Source: Chloroflexota bacterium (lineage in GTDB: Bacteria; Chloroflexota; Dehalococcoidia; Lucifugimonadales; UBA3495). From it: a stretch of 49,320 nt of DNA. A model generated the notes under the pieces. The model worked only from the letters and a program-made list of their open reading frames with translations. It was not told the DNA's origin and made no database searches. Positions 18,452-29,071 of this stretch are shown here, one piece after another. Each line of letters opens with the position of its first letter. Position 1 is the first letter of the stretch. The stretch spans positions 1 through 49,320 of the forward strand of contig JACZYV010000003.1 in NCBI GenBank assembly GCA_022570905.1, given 5' to 3'. The translations under genes and the position numbers were made by a program.

Positions 18452-19207
18452 TTATGAGAAGGACCCGCCCAACCTTTCCAGTAGCCCGTCCACCGCCGCG
18501 CAGTCCTTGCAATCCTTCGCGCCCTTGGGCGGGGTGTCCATGTCCCAGATGCTCCTTGCCTTCCGGAGCAGGGGCGGCAGCAGGGTAGCCTGCCTGAGTT
18601 CCACAGGAACAACCTTGGCCTGGAAGCCCATCGTGAAGCCCCGGTCGTCAACCAACCCCGGCTCTTTAGCGGTCTCTTTGTCTGTGGCCGGCTCCATGTA
18701 GACCAGGGCCAGTTTAGAGACCGGTGACAGCCCCTGCCGTTCGGCGATCAGCGCATACGCGTTCAATTGGACCTCATAATTACGGAACATGCCGGGCCGG
18801 TCGGGATTGTACCGGGAGGTCTTGTAATCGACGATCACGTAGGAGCCGCCGGCCAATTTGAAGATGCCGTCGGCCTCTCCCCGGAGGGTGATTCCAGTCT
18901 CTTCGTCCAGGGTCTTGAATCTGGACCAATGGGGCGGATCGATGTACCCACCGGCCTCCCCCAATTCGGCCAGCCACGGCGGGGCATGGCCCTCCCGGTC
19001 GAAATGGTTGTGGACGATCAGCTTGTTGTAGCGGTCGATGCTGCTGAAGATGCCAGGAAAACTCTGGTAGGGCAGGTTTTTGACGTGGAGCCGCACCCAA
19101 GCACAGCGGGGGCAGAAGCGGGAACTGGCATAACTACCCAGTTCGGTGGCTGAGATCGTTGGCCCCGGTTGCGCCACATCGTCACCCCACAATCGTTCTT
19201 GACCCAT
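18452..19207 (-). CDS. PD-(D/E)xK nuclease, Cas4/RecB-like
   Basis: CPRC; LRGEAD...IVDYKT; QLNAY; C-terminal CKDC. Confidence 0.85.
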   Translation of the reverse strand: MGQERLWGDDVAQPGPTISATELGSYASSRFCPRCAWVRLHVKNLPYQSFPGIFSSIDRYNKLIVHNHFDREGHAPPWLAELGEAGGYIDPPHWSRFKTLDEETGITLRGEADGIFKLAGGSYVIVDYKTSRYNPDRPGMFRNYEVQLNAYALIAERQGLSPVSKLALVYMEPATDKETAKEPGLVDDRGFTMGFQAKVVPVELRQATLLPPLLRKARSIWDMDTPPKGAKDCKDCAAVDGLLERLGGSFS

Positions 19208-19229
19208 GCCTTAGGACTGCCCCATGGGG

Positions 19230-20615
19230 TTAATCGTCGGAACCGTCTCCACCGCCGGCGGCCGGCGCGGCAGCGGGAGCGCCAACTCCACCAGCCGTCC
19301 GGGCCTCGAGGGGCAGAGCGTCCTCCCAATGGGGCAGTTGGTGTTGGTGCGTGGAGGGCAGCAGGAAGATGCAGACCACGGCGACGGCGCTGAGGCCGAA
19401 GGACAGGATGATGGACCAGTCGTAGGTGTTGGTCCAGTCCCTCAAGAACCCTCCCAGCACCGGCCCGATGGCCATTCCGATGCCCGCGCCGGCCATCTGC
19501 CACCCGTAGGTGGTCCCGGTGGGCGCGTCGCCGTAATACTGGCGGTTGATGATGGGGAAGGCGGTCATCTCTCCGCCCATGCCAAAGCCGAAGATCACCG
19601 CGAAGATGAAGTAGGTCGAGACATCCTGGGAAACCAGCAAGAGCAGCAGGGGGAAGGTCTGGGCCGAGAAACAGATCTTCATCACCGTCTTGGCGCCGAA
19701 GCGGTCGGCCAATACCGGCACAGCGAACCTGGTGATGGTGCTAACCACCGTAAGGGTGAGATAAACCGCCACCGCCGTGCCCTTTGAAAGTCCGTCATCG
19801 GTGGCCATGGCGACCAGCAGGATCAGGATGATGTTATGACCGGCGCATCCCCAGAAATGGATGCCGACCAGGTTCCAGAAGGCGTTGGTCTTCTGCGCCT
19901 GCTTCAGGAAGACCTCGGTCCGTACCTTGGCGATGTTATTGTTCTGCAGCTTTCGGATGGGCTCGTCGTCCGGCGCGCCCCACGGCCGCAGGCCGATGGC
20001 GGCGGGCTCGTTATGGAAATATCTGACCAGGAATAAGAGGACCGCCCCGCCGGCTATTCCGGGGATCCAAAAGGTCCAACGCAGTCCGAAACGGTCGAAG
20101 ATTATGAACACCATGAGGATCGCGGCGGCGGTGCCCAGCCCCTGCAACGCCTGCAATATCCCCATGGCCAGGCCCAGTTGCTTCCGGAACCATAGGGTCA
20201 CACCCGAGACCAGCGTGACCTGGAATGCAGCCATCCCCGCCGCCAGGATCACACCAAAATATAGGTAGAACTGCCACAGATGGACCATCGTGCCGGTCAG
20301 GACCATTCCAACTATGAACAGGATTCCGCCGGCCCACATGACCCGGCGCACCCCATAACGGTCACCCAGCCATCCGCAAACGGGACCCAGTGCTCCCGAT
20401 ATGATCCACTGAATGGTGAACCCGAGGGTGATGGCCCCGATGCTCCAGCCGAAATACTCGGGCTTATTGAACTCGTCCACCAACAAGCTGGCGGCGAAGC
20501 GCATGCCGGAACTGGTCATCCACATGATCGAGGCGATGCCGACAATCACCCAGGAATAGTGGACGTTGCGCTTTCCCAGGGCGAATCCGGCCGGGCTCAG
20601 TCCGAACCTAAGCAT
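19230..20615 (-). CDS. MFS transporter
   Basis: About 12 hydrophobic segments; GWLGDRYGVR and LADRFGAK loops; ATG at 20615 follows GGAGG. Confidence 0.92.
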   Translation of the reverse strand: MLRFGLSPAGFALGKRNVHYSWVIVGIASIMWMTSSGMRFAASLLVDEFNKPEYFGWSIGAITLGFTIQWIISGALGPVCGWLGDRYGVRRVMWAGGILFIVGMVLTGTMVHLWQFYLYFGVILAAGMAAFQVTLVSGVTLWFRKQLGLAMGILQALQGLGTAAAILMVFIIFDRFGLRWTFWIPGIAGGAVLLFLVRYFHNEPAAIGLRPWGAPDDEPIRKLQNNNIAKVRTEVFLKQAQKTNAFWNLVGIHFWGCAGHNIILILLVAMATDDGLSKGTAVAVYLTLTVVSTITRFAVPVLADRFGAKTVMKICFSAQTFPLLLLLVSQDVSTYFIFAVIFGFGMGGEMTAFPIINRQYYGDAPTGTTYGWQMAGAGIGMAIGPVLGGFLRDWTNTYDWSIILSFGLSAVAVVCIFLLPSTHQHQLPHWEDALPLEARTAGGVGAPAAAPAAGGGDGSDD

Positions 20616-20736
20616 TTCACCTCCGTCGTAGCTGACACATTGTACATGCCGGAGGTGGGTGGTACAACGCAGCACGCGGAGGTTTGACGAAACGGTGTTA
20701 CGGTTTCATCTATTTAGAGCCGATCATCTACGTAAA

Positions 20737-20777
20737 ACGTAGGGGCGTCCCGGTCCACCGGGACCCTGCCCCTACGT
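20737..20777. repeat. GTAG-type REP-like palindrome
   Basis: ACGTAGGGGC-GTCCCGGT-CC-ACCGGGAC-CCT-GCCCCTACGT. Confidence 0.65.
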
Positions 20778-20786
20778 GTATCCTCG

Positions 20787-22397
20787 CTAGGCGTCTATCA
20801 GAAGCCCTGGGTTCAGCACGCCATTGGGGTCCAGGGTCCGCTTGACGGCCTTCAACGCCTTGGCGAACAGTTCCGGGCGCTGTTGGTCATACCAGGGGCG
20901 GTGCAACCGTCCAACGGCGTGGTGGTGGGTGATGGTGCCGCCGGCGGCCATGATGGCGTCGGAGGCCGCCTGTTTGATCTCGGCGTACATCTCCAACTCG
21001 GCGCCCAGGCGGCCCATGCCCTCAAAGGTGAAGTAGGGGGCCGGCCCGTCGGTGTAAACGTGGGTGAACCGGCATGAGACGCTGCCCCCACCGCAGACCC
21101 GGTCCAGAGCGTCTTGGAGGGCGCCCCGTACCGTCTCGTCCAAGGCGGGCCAACGGTCCCAGGTGATGGCGGTTTCCATGGTCTCGGCCACCAGTCCCAA
21201 CCCAGCCTGATGGTTCTTCATGTAGGGGGCGTTCAAGAAGGAGTTGCGCCACGCCCCCACCGACCCCTGGCGTCCCGTGTCTCCTTCCGAACGTCCGCCC
21301 GTTCCATCTGAGACCCGGATGTTGGCTTCGTCGATGTCGCCGCCGGCCTCGCGGGCGATGTCCACGGCATGGCGGATGAACTCGCCCTGAGGTATCTCGG
21401 CCGACTCGAAGCCCAGCAACAGCAGGGCTTTAGTTCCGTCCATCCCCGCGGCTGACGCGGCCTCCACCGGGTCAAGCAGCCGGCAGTTGGCGGGCCAGAG
21501 TTTGGTCTGCACGATGCGGCGGGCGGCCTCGGCCCCGGCGGCGAAGGTGGGGAAAGTCACCCCGGCCGACGCCCGGAACACGGGGCGGGCCTGGATGCGC
21601 ATCCAGGCTTCGGTGATGATGCCCAAGATGCCCTCGCTGCCGATGGCCATCCGGTCAGGGCTGGGGCCCGCGCCGCTGCCCGGCAGACGCCGCGACTCCC
21701 ATAGACCGGCCGGGGTAACCATCCGCACCGATTCCACAAAATCATCTATGTGGGTCTGGTTGGTGGCGTAATGGCCTCCCGAACGGGTGGCGATCCAGCC
21801 GCCCAGTGTGGAAAACTCAAAGCTCTGGGGATAGTGGCGCAGCGTGAAGCCGTGGGGCCGCAATTGGTCTTCCAGCGCCGGGCCGTAGACCCCTCCCTGG
21901 ATGCGGGCCGAGCGGGACACGTCATCGATCTCCAACACCTGGCCCAGGCCCGCCAAGTCAATGGTAACGATGCCGTCGTAGCCCTCGGGCGGTTCGAAGC
22001 CGGCCACGGTGGAACTGCCGCCGCCATAGGGGATGGCGGCGTAACCGGAGGTGGAGCACCACTCCAGAACGGCTTCCACCTCCTGTTCGCTACGCGGGCG
22101 GGCCACCACGTCAGGCGGGTTGGGAAAGTCAAGATTGAACGCCCGGATGCGGTCCCGGAAGCTGCGTCCGTAGGTGTGGACCGCCCGGTCGTGGTCGTCG
22201 CTGGCGCAGATGGCGGCCAATGACGACGGAGGCGCGATGCGGGGTTTGCGCAGGGAAAGGCCGGTTGCCCTGGGCGGCGTTACCGGGTTAAGGCTAACGT
22301 TATACCGTTTGCCCAGTTCACCCGCCGCAGTCTTCATCTGTTCGGCGGTGGGTTCGTCGGACTCCATACCCCAGGCCCAGAAACTTCGCTTGGCCAT
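20787..22397 (-). CDS. FAD-linked oxidoreductase (alkyl-DHAP synthase-like, VAO/PCMH family)
   Basis: PYGGGSS, HYPQSFEFSTLGGW, GSEGILG, THHHAVG, DPNGVLNPG; start likely MAKR after GGAGG. Confidence 0.9.
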   Translation of the reverse strand: MAKRSFWAWGMESDEPTAEQMKTAAGELGKRYNVSLNPVTPPRATGLSLRKPRIAPPSSLAAICASDDHDRAVHTYGRSFRDRIRAFNLDFPNPPDVVARPRSEQEVEAVLEWCSTSGYAAIPYGGGSSTVAGFEPPEGYDGIVTIDLAGLGQVLEIDDVSRSARIQGGVYGPALEDQLRPHGFTLRHYPQSFEFSTLGGWIATRSGGHYATNQTHIDDFVESVRMVTPAGLWESRRLPGSGAGPSPDRMAIGSEGILGIITEAWMRIQARPVFRASAGVTFPTFAAGAEAARRIVQTKLWPANCRLLDPVEAASAAGMDGTKALLLLGFESAEIPQGEFIRHAVDIAREAGGDIDEANIRVSDGTGGRSEGDTGRQGSVGAWRNSFLNAPYMKNHQAGLGLVAETMETAITWDRWPALDETVRGALQDALDRVCGGGSVSCRFTHVYTDGPAPYFTFEGMGRLGAELEMYAEIKQAASDAIMAAGGTITHHHAVGRLHRPWYDQQRPELFAKALKAVKRTLDPNGVLNPGLLIDA

Positions 22398-22418
22398 GGC
22401 CGCCTCCAAAACTAAACG

Positions 22419-22706
22419 CTAATCAGCCATCTGGAAACGTTCGGACTCAGCCGGTTTGGACCACAGTTCGCTGGCCCCATCCATGGCCTTGGCCCGCTCG
22501 GGGCTGGCACGCCAGGCGTCGTATATCTCGTTGGAGTCCCAGGTCACCAGGGTGGAAATCTTGGTGGGGTCTTCCTGGGATATGAAGGTCAGGCGGACGC
22601 CATAGCCGGGGGCCTTGCTTTGGGCCAGGCCGTTGCCATCCAACAATGTCTTGGCCTCTTCGATCTTGTCCGGTTTCGCCCAGTGGTGAGTGAGTACGCC
22701 AATCAT
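22419..22706 (-). CDS. Antibiotic-biosynthesis-monooxygenase (ABM) family protein
   Basis: 95 aa; APGY...W(D)S-x-E-x-Y-x-AW-x-x-SPER pattern. Confidence 0.75.
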   Translation of the reverse strand: MIGVLTHHWAKPDKIEEAKTLLDGNGLAQSKAPGYGVRLTFISQEDPTKISTLVTWDSNEIYDAWRASPERAKAMDGASELWSKPAESERFQMAD

Positions 22707-22758
22707 TGATCGGGCTCCTAATAAAGATCTGAAGATGCCGTCCGCAGGCGCGAGTAAT

Positions 22759-24048
22759 TCACTTGTCCGAGCCGTCTTTGACCCGGAGCATGCGCCCGGC
22801 GATAAAGGCGATCACGGCCGCGCCGGCGCTGAGCACCGCGCCCATCTTGGCCGGGTCTTGAAATGCTGGGTCGTCGTAGGCTTTGCCGGCCACGAACAGG
22901 GCAACGGTCAGGCCCAGTCCCGCGATTATAGCGGCCACAAATAAGTGTTTGTTGCCCATGCCCTCGGGCAGGGGGAAGCCGAGTCGCGTTCCCACCCAGG
23001 AGAATAATGTGATTCCCACGGTTTTGCCGAGGATCAGCGAGATCAGCACGATAAATGTGACCTGGGTGATGCTGGCGAAAGCGACTCCCGCGTTCATGAA
23101 TGCGAAAAAGAACAGCCCAAAATCCACGGGCAACTTGAGTTGGTGTTCGAAGGCGTCAAGGGGCGCATGGTGTTGGTGAAGCACCACCGCATCTTTGGGA
23201 GGATCCGCCGATGAAACCTGTGGTGGCGCGGCCTCTGATTCGCTGGCGTGAGCATGTTCAAAATCGAAGTCTTCATCTTCAAACAGCCCGTGGGTGATCT
23301 TGGGACCGGGCAAGAAAGGTACGATGACCACCAAAGCCAGGGCCGGTTCGATGGACGATTTGACCAGTCCGACCCAACTGAGCCCTCCGGCGATCAGGAT
23401 GTAGACGAGCCAGTAGCGCACCTCGAACCGCCGCATCACGTAGGCCACGGCCATCCCAGCGGCCACCAACAAAAGCCAGGAGGGCGCCACGGGAGATTCC
23501 GGGTCCGGATAGAAGACGGCGATGATCCCCAGTCCGATGGCGTCGTCGGCCACCGCCAGCAGCAGCAGGAAGTTGACCGCCGGATGTCCGGTCCCAAAGA
23601 TGATGCGGGCCACCAGCCAGGCCAGGGCGATGTCGGTGGCGGTGGGGATACCCCAGCCGTTGGCCACGAGGCTAAAATCGCTGGACCCGCCATAGAAGAT
23701 CCAGGCAAGCAGAAAGAAAAGCCCCGCTGGGCCGACCACCCCGCCCAGGGTGCCCATCAAGGGGTTGATGGCCTTACGCATGGGGTTCAGGGCTCCGCCG
23801 GGCAGGACCGACTCGGTGATCTCCTTGGTGGCGATGCCGAAGAAGAACACCATGAAGATCTCGTTGACGAGGAAGTGGACCGTGACCGCTTTGCCGAATA
23901 TCTTGGTGTTTTCGCCGAAGATGTGGTAGTCCACCATCTCTTCGTAGGCGTGAATATCGATGTTGGCGAAGACCAATCCGGCGATCACGCCAATGATCAG
24001 CGGAATCGAGAATTGCTGGAGGATGCTTATGTGATGGGCTCGGATCAG
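22759..24048 (-). CDS. nhaA: Na+/H+ antiporter NhaA
   Basis: GWGIPTATDIA, LLLAVADDA, LGK-x-x-GI, GLGLTVALF. The frame stays open upstream of 23988 through FSIPLIIG to a CTG at 24048, so the start is uncertain. Confidence 0.9.
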   Translation of the reverse strand: MIRAHHISILQQFSIPLIIGVIAGLVFANIDIHAYEEMVDYHIFGENTKIFGKAVTVHFLVNEIFMVFFFGIATKEITESVLPGGALNPMRKAINPLMGTLGGVVGPAGLFFLLAWIFYGGSSDFSLVANGWGIPTATDIALAWLVARIIFGTGHPAVNFLLLLAVADDAIGLGIIAVFYPDPESPVAPSWLLLVAAGMAVAYVMRRFEVRYWLVYILIAGGLSWVGLVKSSIEPALALVVIVPFLPGPKITHGLFEDEDFDFEHAHASESEAAPPQVSSADPPKDAVVLHQHHAPLDAFEHQLKLPVDFGLFFFAFMNAGVAFASITQVTFIVLISLILGKTVGITLFSWVGTRLGFPLPEGMGNKHLFVAAIIAGLGLTVALFVAGKAYDDPAFQDPAKMGAVLSAGAAVIAFIAGRMLRVKDGSDK

Positions 24049-24200
24049 AGCATCACCCTAGATCGGTGTTTTAAAGACCAGTACCGGTTGCGCCTGGCGC
24101 CCACGGGTGCGAACGCTCCGGGGATTATATCACTACGTACCAGACCGGAAACCCGCCCCTTCTCAGGCTCGCGGGAACGCTCCGCCAGGCGTGGCTCAAG

Positions 24201-24229
24201 TTGACATCCCATAGGGGCTTTGTTACTAT
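24201..24229 (+). promoter_or_regulatory. Sigma70-type promoter for the thrC-like operon
   Basis: TTGACA-17 nt-TACTAT with an extended TG. Confidence 0.75.
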
Positions 24230-24311
24230 CACGGGCAGCCTGGACGCATGGATTCCAGGCTTATTTGGGCTTTTGGGCCGGTCATTTTATGGCCAGGAGG
24301 AACCGACCTAG

Positions 24312-25589
24312 TTGGCTTTCTTAAACGGACTTAGATGCCGCGAGTGCGGCAGAGATTATCCGGTGGAACCCCTGAATGTATGCGATTTCTGCTTCGGTCC
24401 TCTGGAAGTGGTGTACGACTACGCCACCATCTCTGAAGTGGTCAGCCAAGACAGTATCGCCAAGGGACCACTAAGCATCTGGCGTTACAAGGACCTGCTC
24501 CCCGCCGAGGGCGACGACCCCGTGGACATCATGGCGGGTTACACCCCTCTGATCAAAGCCAGGGGTCTGGGCAAGCAACTGGGGCTCAACAACCTGTACA
24601 TCAAGAACGACAGCGTCAACCCGTCGTTCTCTTTCAAGGACCGGGTGGTCTCCGTGGCGGCGACCAAGGCCCTTGAATTCGGCTACACGACCATCGCCTG
24701 CGCGTCCACTGGAAACCTGGCCTGCAGCGTGGCCGCCCACTGTGCCCGGGCCGGTGTCCGCGCCGTGGTCTTCATTCCCTCCGACCTGGAGCGGGGCAAG
24801 ATCATCGGCGCCGCCATCTACAATCCGGTGCTGGTGTCGGTGGACGGCACCTACGACCAGGTGAACCGGCTCTGCAGCGAGTTGGCCGACGACTACCCCT
24901 GGGCCTTCGTAAACATCAACATGCGTCCCTATTATGCGGAGGGCAGCAAGACCCTGGGTTACGAGGTGGCGGAACAACTGGGCTGGCGGCTGCCGGACCA
25001 TGTGGTGGTGCCTTCGGCATCCGGCGCCATGTTCACCAAGATCTGGAAGGGCTTCAACGAACTAGCCTGCTTGGGCCTGTTGGATGGGATTCCGTCCAGT
25101 TCCTTTGGAGTGGATCAAAACACCGTTCATCATCCGGCCGTCACCACCAAGATGCACATGCAACAGGCGGAAGGGTGCTCTCCCATCGTCACGGCGTGGA
25201 ACAATAACCAAACGCAGGTCATTCCCGTTCGGCCCAACAGCCTGGCCAAGTCCTTGGCCATCGGGAACCCAGCCGACGGCATCTACGCCATCAAAGTGAT
25301 CGAACGATCCGGCGGTTCCGCCTACGCGGTGCCGGAATCGGATATAGTAGACGGTATCAAGCTGTTGGCCGAAACGGAAGGCATCTTCACCGAGACGGCC
25401 GGCGGCGTGACGGTCTCAGGGCTCAAGCACCTGGCCAAGTCAGGCGCTATCAAACCCGACGAGTTGACCGTCGTTTACATCACTGGCAACGGACTCAAGA
25501 CCCAGGAAGCGGTGGAGCATGTGGTGAACCCACTCTGCATCAAGCCCAGCATCCGCTCTTTTGAAGAGGCATTCGACGGGGCGAAATAG
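24312..25589 (+). CDS. thrC: Threonine synthase-like PLP enzyme
   Basis: N-terminal CxxC...CxxC, NPSFSFKDR (PLP Lys), CASTGN, EGSKT, TGNGLK. Confidence 0.85.
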   Translation: MAFLNGLRCRECGRDYPVEPLNVCDFCFGPLEVVYDYATISEVVSQDSIAKGPLSIWRYKDLLPAEGDDPVDIMAGYTPLIKARGLGKQLGLNNLYIKNDSVNPSFSFKDRVVSVAATKALEFGYTTIACASTGNLACSVAAHCARAGVRAVVFIPSDLERGKIIGAAIYNPVLVSVDGTYDQVNRLCSELADDYPWAFVNINMRPYYAEGSKTLGYEVAEQLGWRLPDHVVVPSASGAMFTKIWKGFNELACLGLLDGIPSSSFGVDQNTVHHPAVTTKMHMQQAEGCSPIVTAWNNNQTQVIPVRPNSLAKSLAIGNPADGIYAIKVIERSGGSAYAVPESDIVDGIKLLAETEGIFTETAGGVTVSGLKHLAKSGAIKPDELTVVYITGNGLKTQEAVEHVVNPLCIKPSIRSFEEAFDGAK

Positions 25590-25639
25590 CCGGGCCAGAT
25601 CACCTTAGAAGAAGTATTCAACGGGGCGAGATAGCCGGG
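25563..25639 (+). repeat. 32-bp imperfect duplication of the thrC 3' end
   Basis: 25563-25594 and 25608-25639 match at 28 of 32 positions. Confidence 0.75.
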
Positions 25640-25664
25640 GTTAAAAGCCGGGAGGTGTTCGGGT

Positions 25665-25907
25665 ATGGGCAAGCAACGAGTCAAATTCACCTTTGAGGAA
25701 AACTTGGTGAAGCAACCGGTGATTTACGAGTTGGGCCAGAAGTTCAAGATCGTGACCAACATTCGCCGGGCCGAGGTGAGCGAAGACGTGGGTTGGGTGG
25801 TCTTGGAACTGGACGGCGATGAGCCGGAGATAAAGCGTGGGCTGGAATGGGTCAGCTCCACGGGTGTGAGGGTGGACCCGGTGGGCGGGGATGTGATTGA
25901 CGGGTAG
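25665..25907 (+). CDS. Stand-alone NIL domain protein
   Basis: PVIYEL...TNIRRA-x-V...GWVVLELDG...GVRV, C-terminus DVIDG. Confidence 0.88.
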   Translation: MGKQRVKFTFEENLVKQPVIYELGQKFKIVTNIRRAEVSEDVGWVVLELDGDEPEIKRGLEWVSSTGVRVDPVGGDVIDG

Positions 25908-25994
25908 GAGTTAGTCCTGCCCTGGCTGTCCAAAGATGGGGCGCCTGACGGGGCGCCTGAAACGGGGCGAACTATCAGGAGGAGGGTTTTCCAG

Positions 25995-26273
25995 ATGGGT
26001 GTCACGGTCCGAATTCCCACGCCGCTGCGGCGTATGACCAACGGTCAGGCGAAAGTAGAAGTGGAACCTGCCAATCTCGGTGAGTTGGTGGATAAGCTGA
26101 ATGGTGAGTTTCCCGGATTCAAAGACCGTTTGGTCGATGAGGACGGTGAACTTCGCTATTTCGTAAACATCTACCTCAACGGAGAGGACGTCCGGTTCAT
26201 AGACGGGCTGAACACCTCCACCAAAGAGGGCGACGAGATCAGCATCGTCCCGGCGGTTGCCGGCGGCCTTTAG
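25995..26273 (+). CDS. MoaD/ThiS/CysO-family ubiquitin-like sulfur carrier
   Basis: VRIPTPLR, FVNIYLNGEDVR, C-terminus PAVAGG-L. Confidence 0.92.
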   Translation: MGVTVRIPTPLRRMTNGQAKVEVEPANLGELVDKLNGEFPGFKDRLVDEDGELRYFVNIYLNGEDVRFIDGLNTSTKEGDEISIVPAVAGGL

Positions 26274-26318
26274 CTCCTTCCCCACCCGCCTTCCACAGAC
26301 CTGGCCGCACTTGAATGG

Positions 26319-27512
<1,194 letters not shown>

Positions 27513-27544
27513 CTAGTAATCTCCATCGATGGTCCGTGTTGCCA

Positions 27545-27618
27545 CCGCTCGTGGTGAGCTCCGTCGAACCATGACCTTGCCCATGCAGGGGTCCTTCGAC
27601 GGGGCTCAGGACGAACGG
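27545..27618. repeat. REP-like inverted repeat, family 2
   Basis: CCGCTCGTGGTGAGCTCCGTCGAA...TTCGACGGGGCTCAGGACGAACGG; related copy at 39117-39180. Confidence 0.75.
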
Positions 27619-27985
27619 ATGGCCGTAAGGGCCATTTCAAAAATTAAGTCCTAGTCCTACCCGCGGCCGGTTTTATTCTGCTAAACACGGCCGTGGCAGG
27701 CTCGGCCTATGTTATCCTCTACGGGCTGGGCCCATCAACCACCTAACTACCGCCGAGTATCGCTCAACCAGAACCATTAGACCGCATGCCATAGGCCTCG
27801 CCGTCCCACGATGAACGAATTCTTAACCAATTTTAGTTCCGATCATACATTGCTTTGGGCGTTTTTAATCGTCGGCGTGGTCGCCGCCACCGCCATCGGT
27901 CTCCACCTATTCTGGACCGCGGTGTTCCGGTCCGTTGCAGCCCTGCGCGGTGGACCGGCGAAAGACCCCGCGGACGGCGGCTAGC

Positions 27986-29050
27986 ATGTGGTTCCCCAAC
28001 GCCGAAGTCGCCATCAATCCGGTCCTCCTCTTGCTATTGGGCGTCATGGTCGGGACCCTCAGCGGGTTCTTCGGCGTGGGCGGTGGGTTCCTGATCACGG
28101 GAGGGCTGCTGGTCTTCGGAGTCCCACCGGTCTTCGCCGTGGGGACCGGCCTGGCCTTGATCATGGGCTCCTCGATCATCAACACCCTCAAGCACCGCCA
28201 TCTTGGCAATGTGGACTTTCGTTTGGGGATGCTGATGCTGATCGGCACGATTCCCGGTGTTTTCCTGGCAGAGCAATTGAACTCCGCTTTGGAAGAAGCG
28301 GGCATCGTTGGGCCGGTGATCCGCTACGTGTACATCCTGTTTTTGGGAGTCGTTGGCGGGTTCATCATCTTCGATTACCTGCGGTTGCGCCGGTCCGCCA
28401 AGTTGGGCGGAGAAGAAATATCAACGGCATCGCTGGCGCGGCGCGTGCGGGGCCTGCGTATCCCACCCCATTCCATCTGGTTGCCAGGCGTGGGGAGAGT
28501 CCCTACATATGTCCATTTGCCAGTATCTGGTATCGAAAACCTTTCGGTGTTCATTCCAGTGACGGTGGGCTTGGGAGTGGGTTTTTTCGCCGGTCTACTG
28601 GGAGCGGGAGGCGGATTCCTGCTCATGCCGGCATTGATCTACGGACTGGGTGTGCCCACAACCGTGGCCATCGGCACCGACCTATTCCAGATAGTCGTCA
28701 CTGGGTCCTGGGGAACGTTCATCTATGCTTTGTCGCACAATGTCGACCCAAAGATGACGATCATCATGCTCAGTGCGGCGTCGGTGGGCTCTCAACTGGG
28801 GACTTCAGCGACCAGATTCGTAGAGCCAGCCCGTATACGGATCCTCTTCGGAGTGACGATCTTGGGCGGCTGCGCGGCGGTGGCTCTGGAACAGATATCG
28901 ACGTTCTCGGATAGTGTGGAATTCTTATCTACGGTGGCCTCTGTGGTGCTTCTGAGCGTCGCGGGAGCAACGTGCCTCATCATCGGAGGATTGATGATCA
29001 AGGCCAAAAGTGGGAGCCGGGAATTGGCCCCTACGGAAGGCGACGACTAA
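27986..29050 (+). CDS. TauE/SafE-family (sulfite exporter-like) membrane protein
   Basis: Two G-x-x-SG-x-x-G-x-GGGFL repeats; AVGTGL/AIGTDL; HRHLGNVD. Confidence 0.9.
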   Translation: MWFPNAEVAINPVLLLLLGVMVGTLSGFFGVGGGFLITGGLLVFGVPPVFAVGTGLALIMGSSIINTLKHRHLGNVDFRLGMLMLIGTIPGVFLAEQLNSALEEAGIVGPVIRYVYILFLGVVGGFIIFDYLRLRRSAKLGGEEISTASLARRVRGLRIPPHSIWLPGVGRVPTYVHLPVSGIENLSVFIPVTVGLGVGFFAGLLGAGGGFLLMPALIYGLGVPTTVAIGTDLFQIVVTGSWGTFIYALSHNVDPKMTIIMLSAASVGSQLGTSATRFVEPARIRILFGVTILGGCAAVALEQISTFSDSVEFLSTVASVVLLSVAGATCLIIGGLMIKAKSGSRELAPTEGDD

Positions 29051-29071
29051 AACCGGCGGCTAGAGCCCCCG

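Noticed and set aside
24230-24311. SAM or other riboswitch ahead of the thrC-like gene
   Set aside because: The leader is about 75 nt with small hairpins only; I could not find SAM-I or T-box consensus elements.
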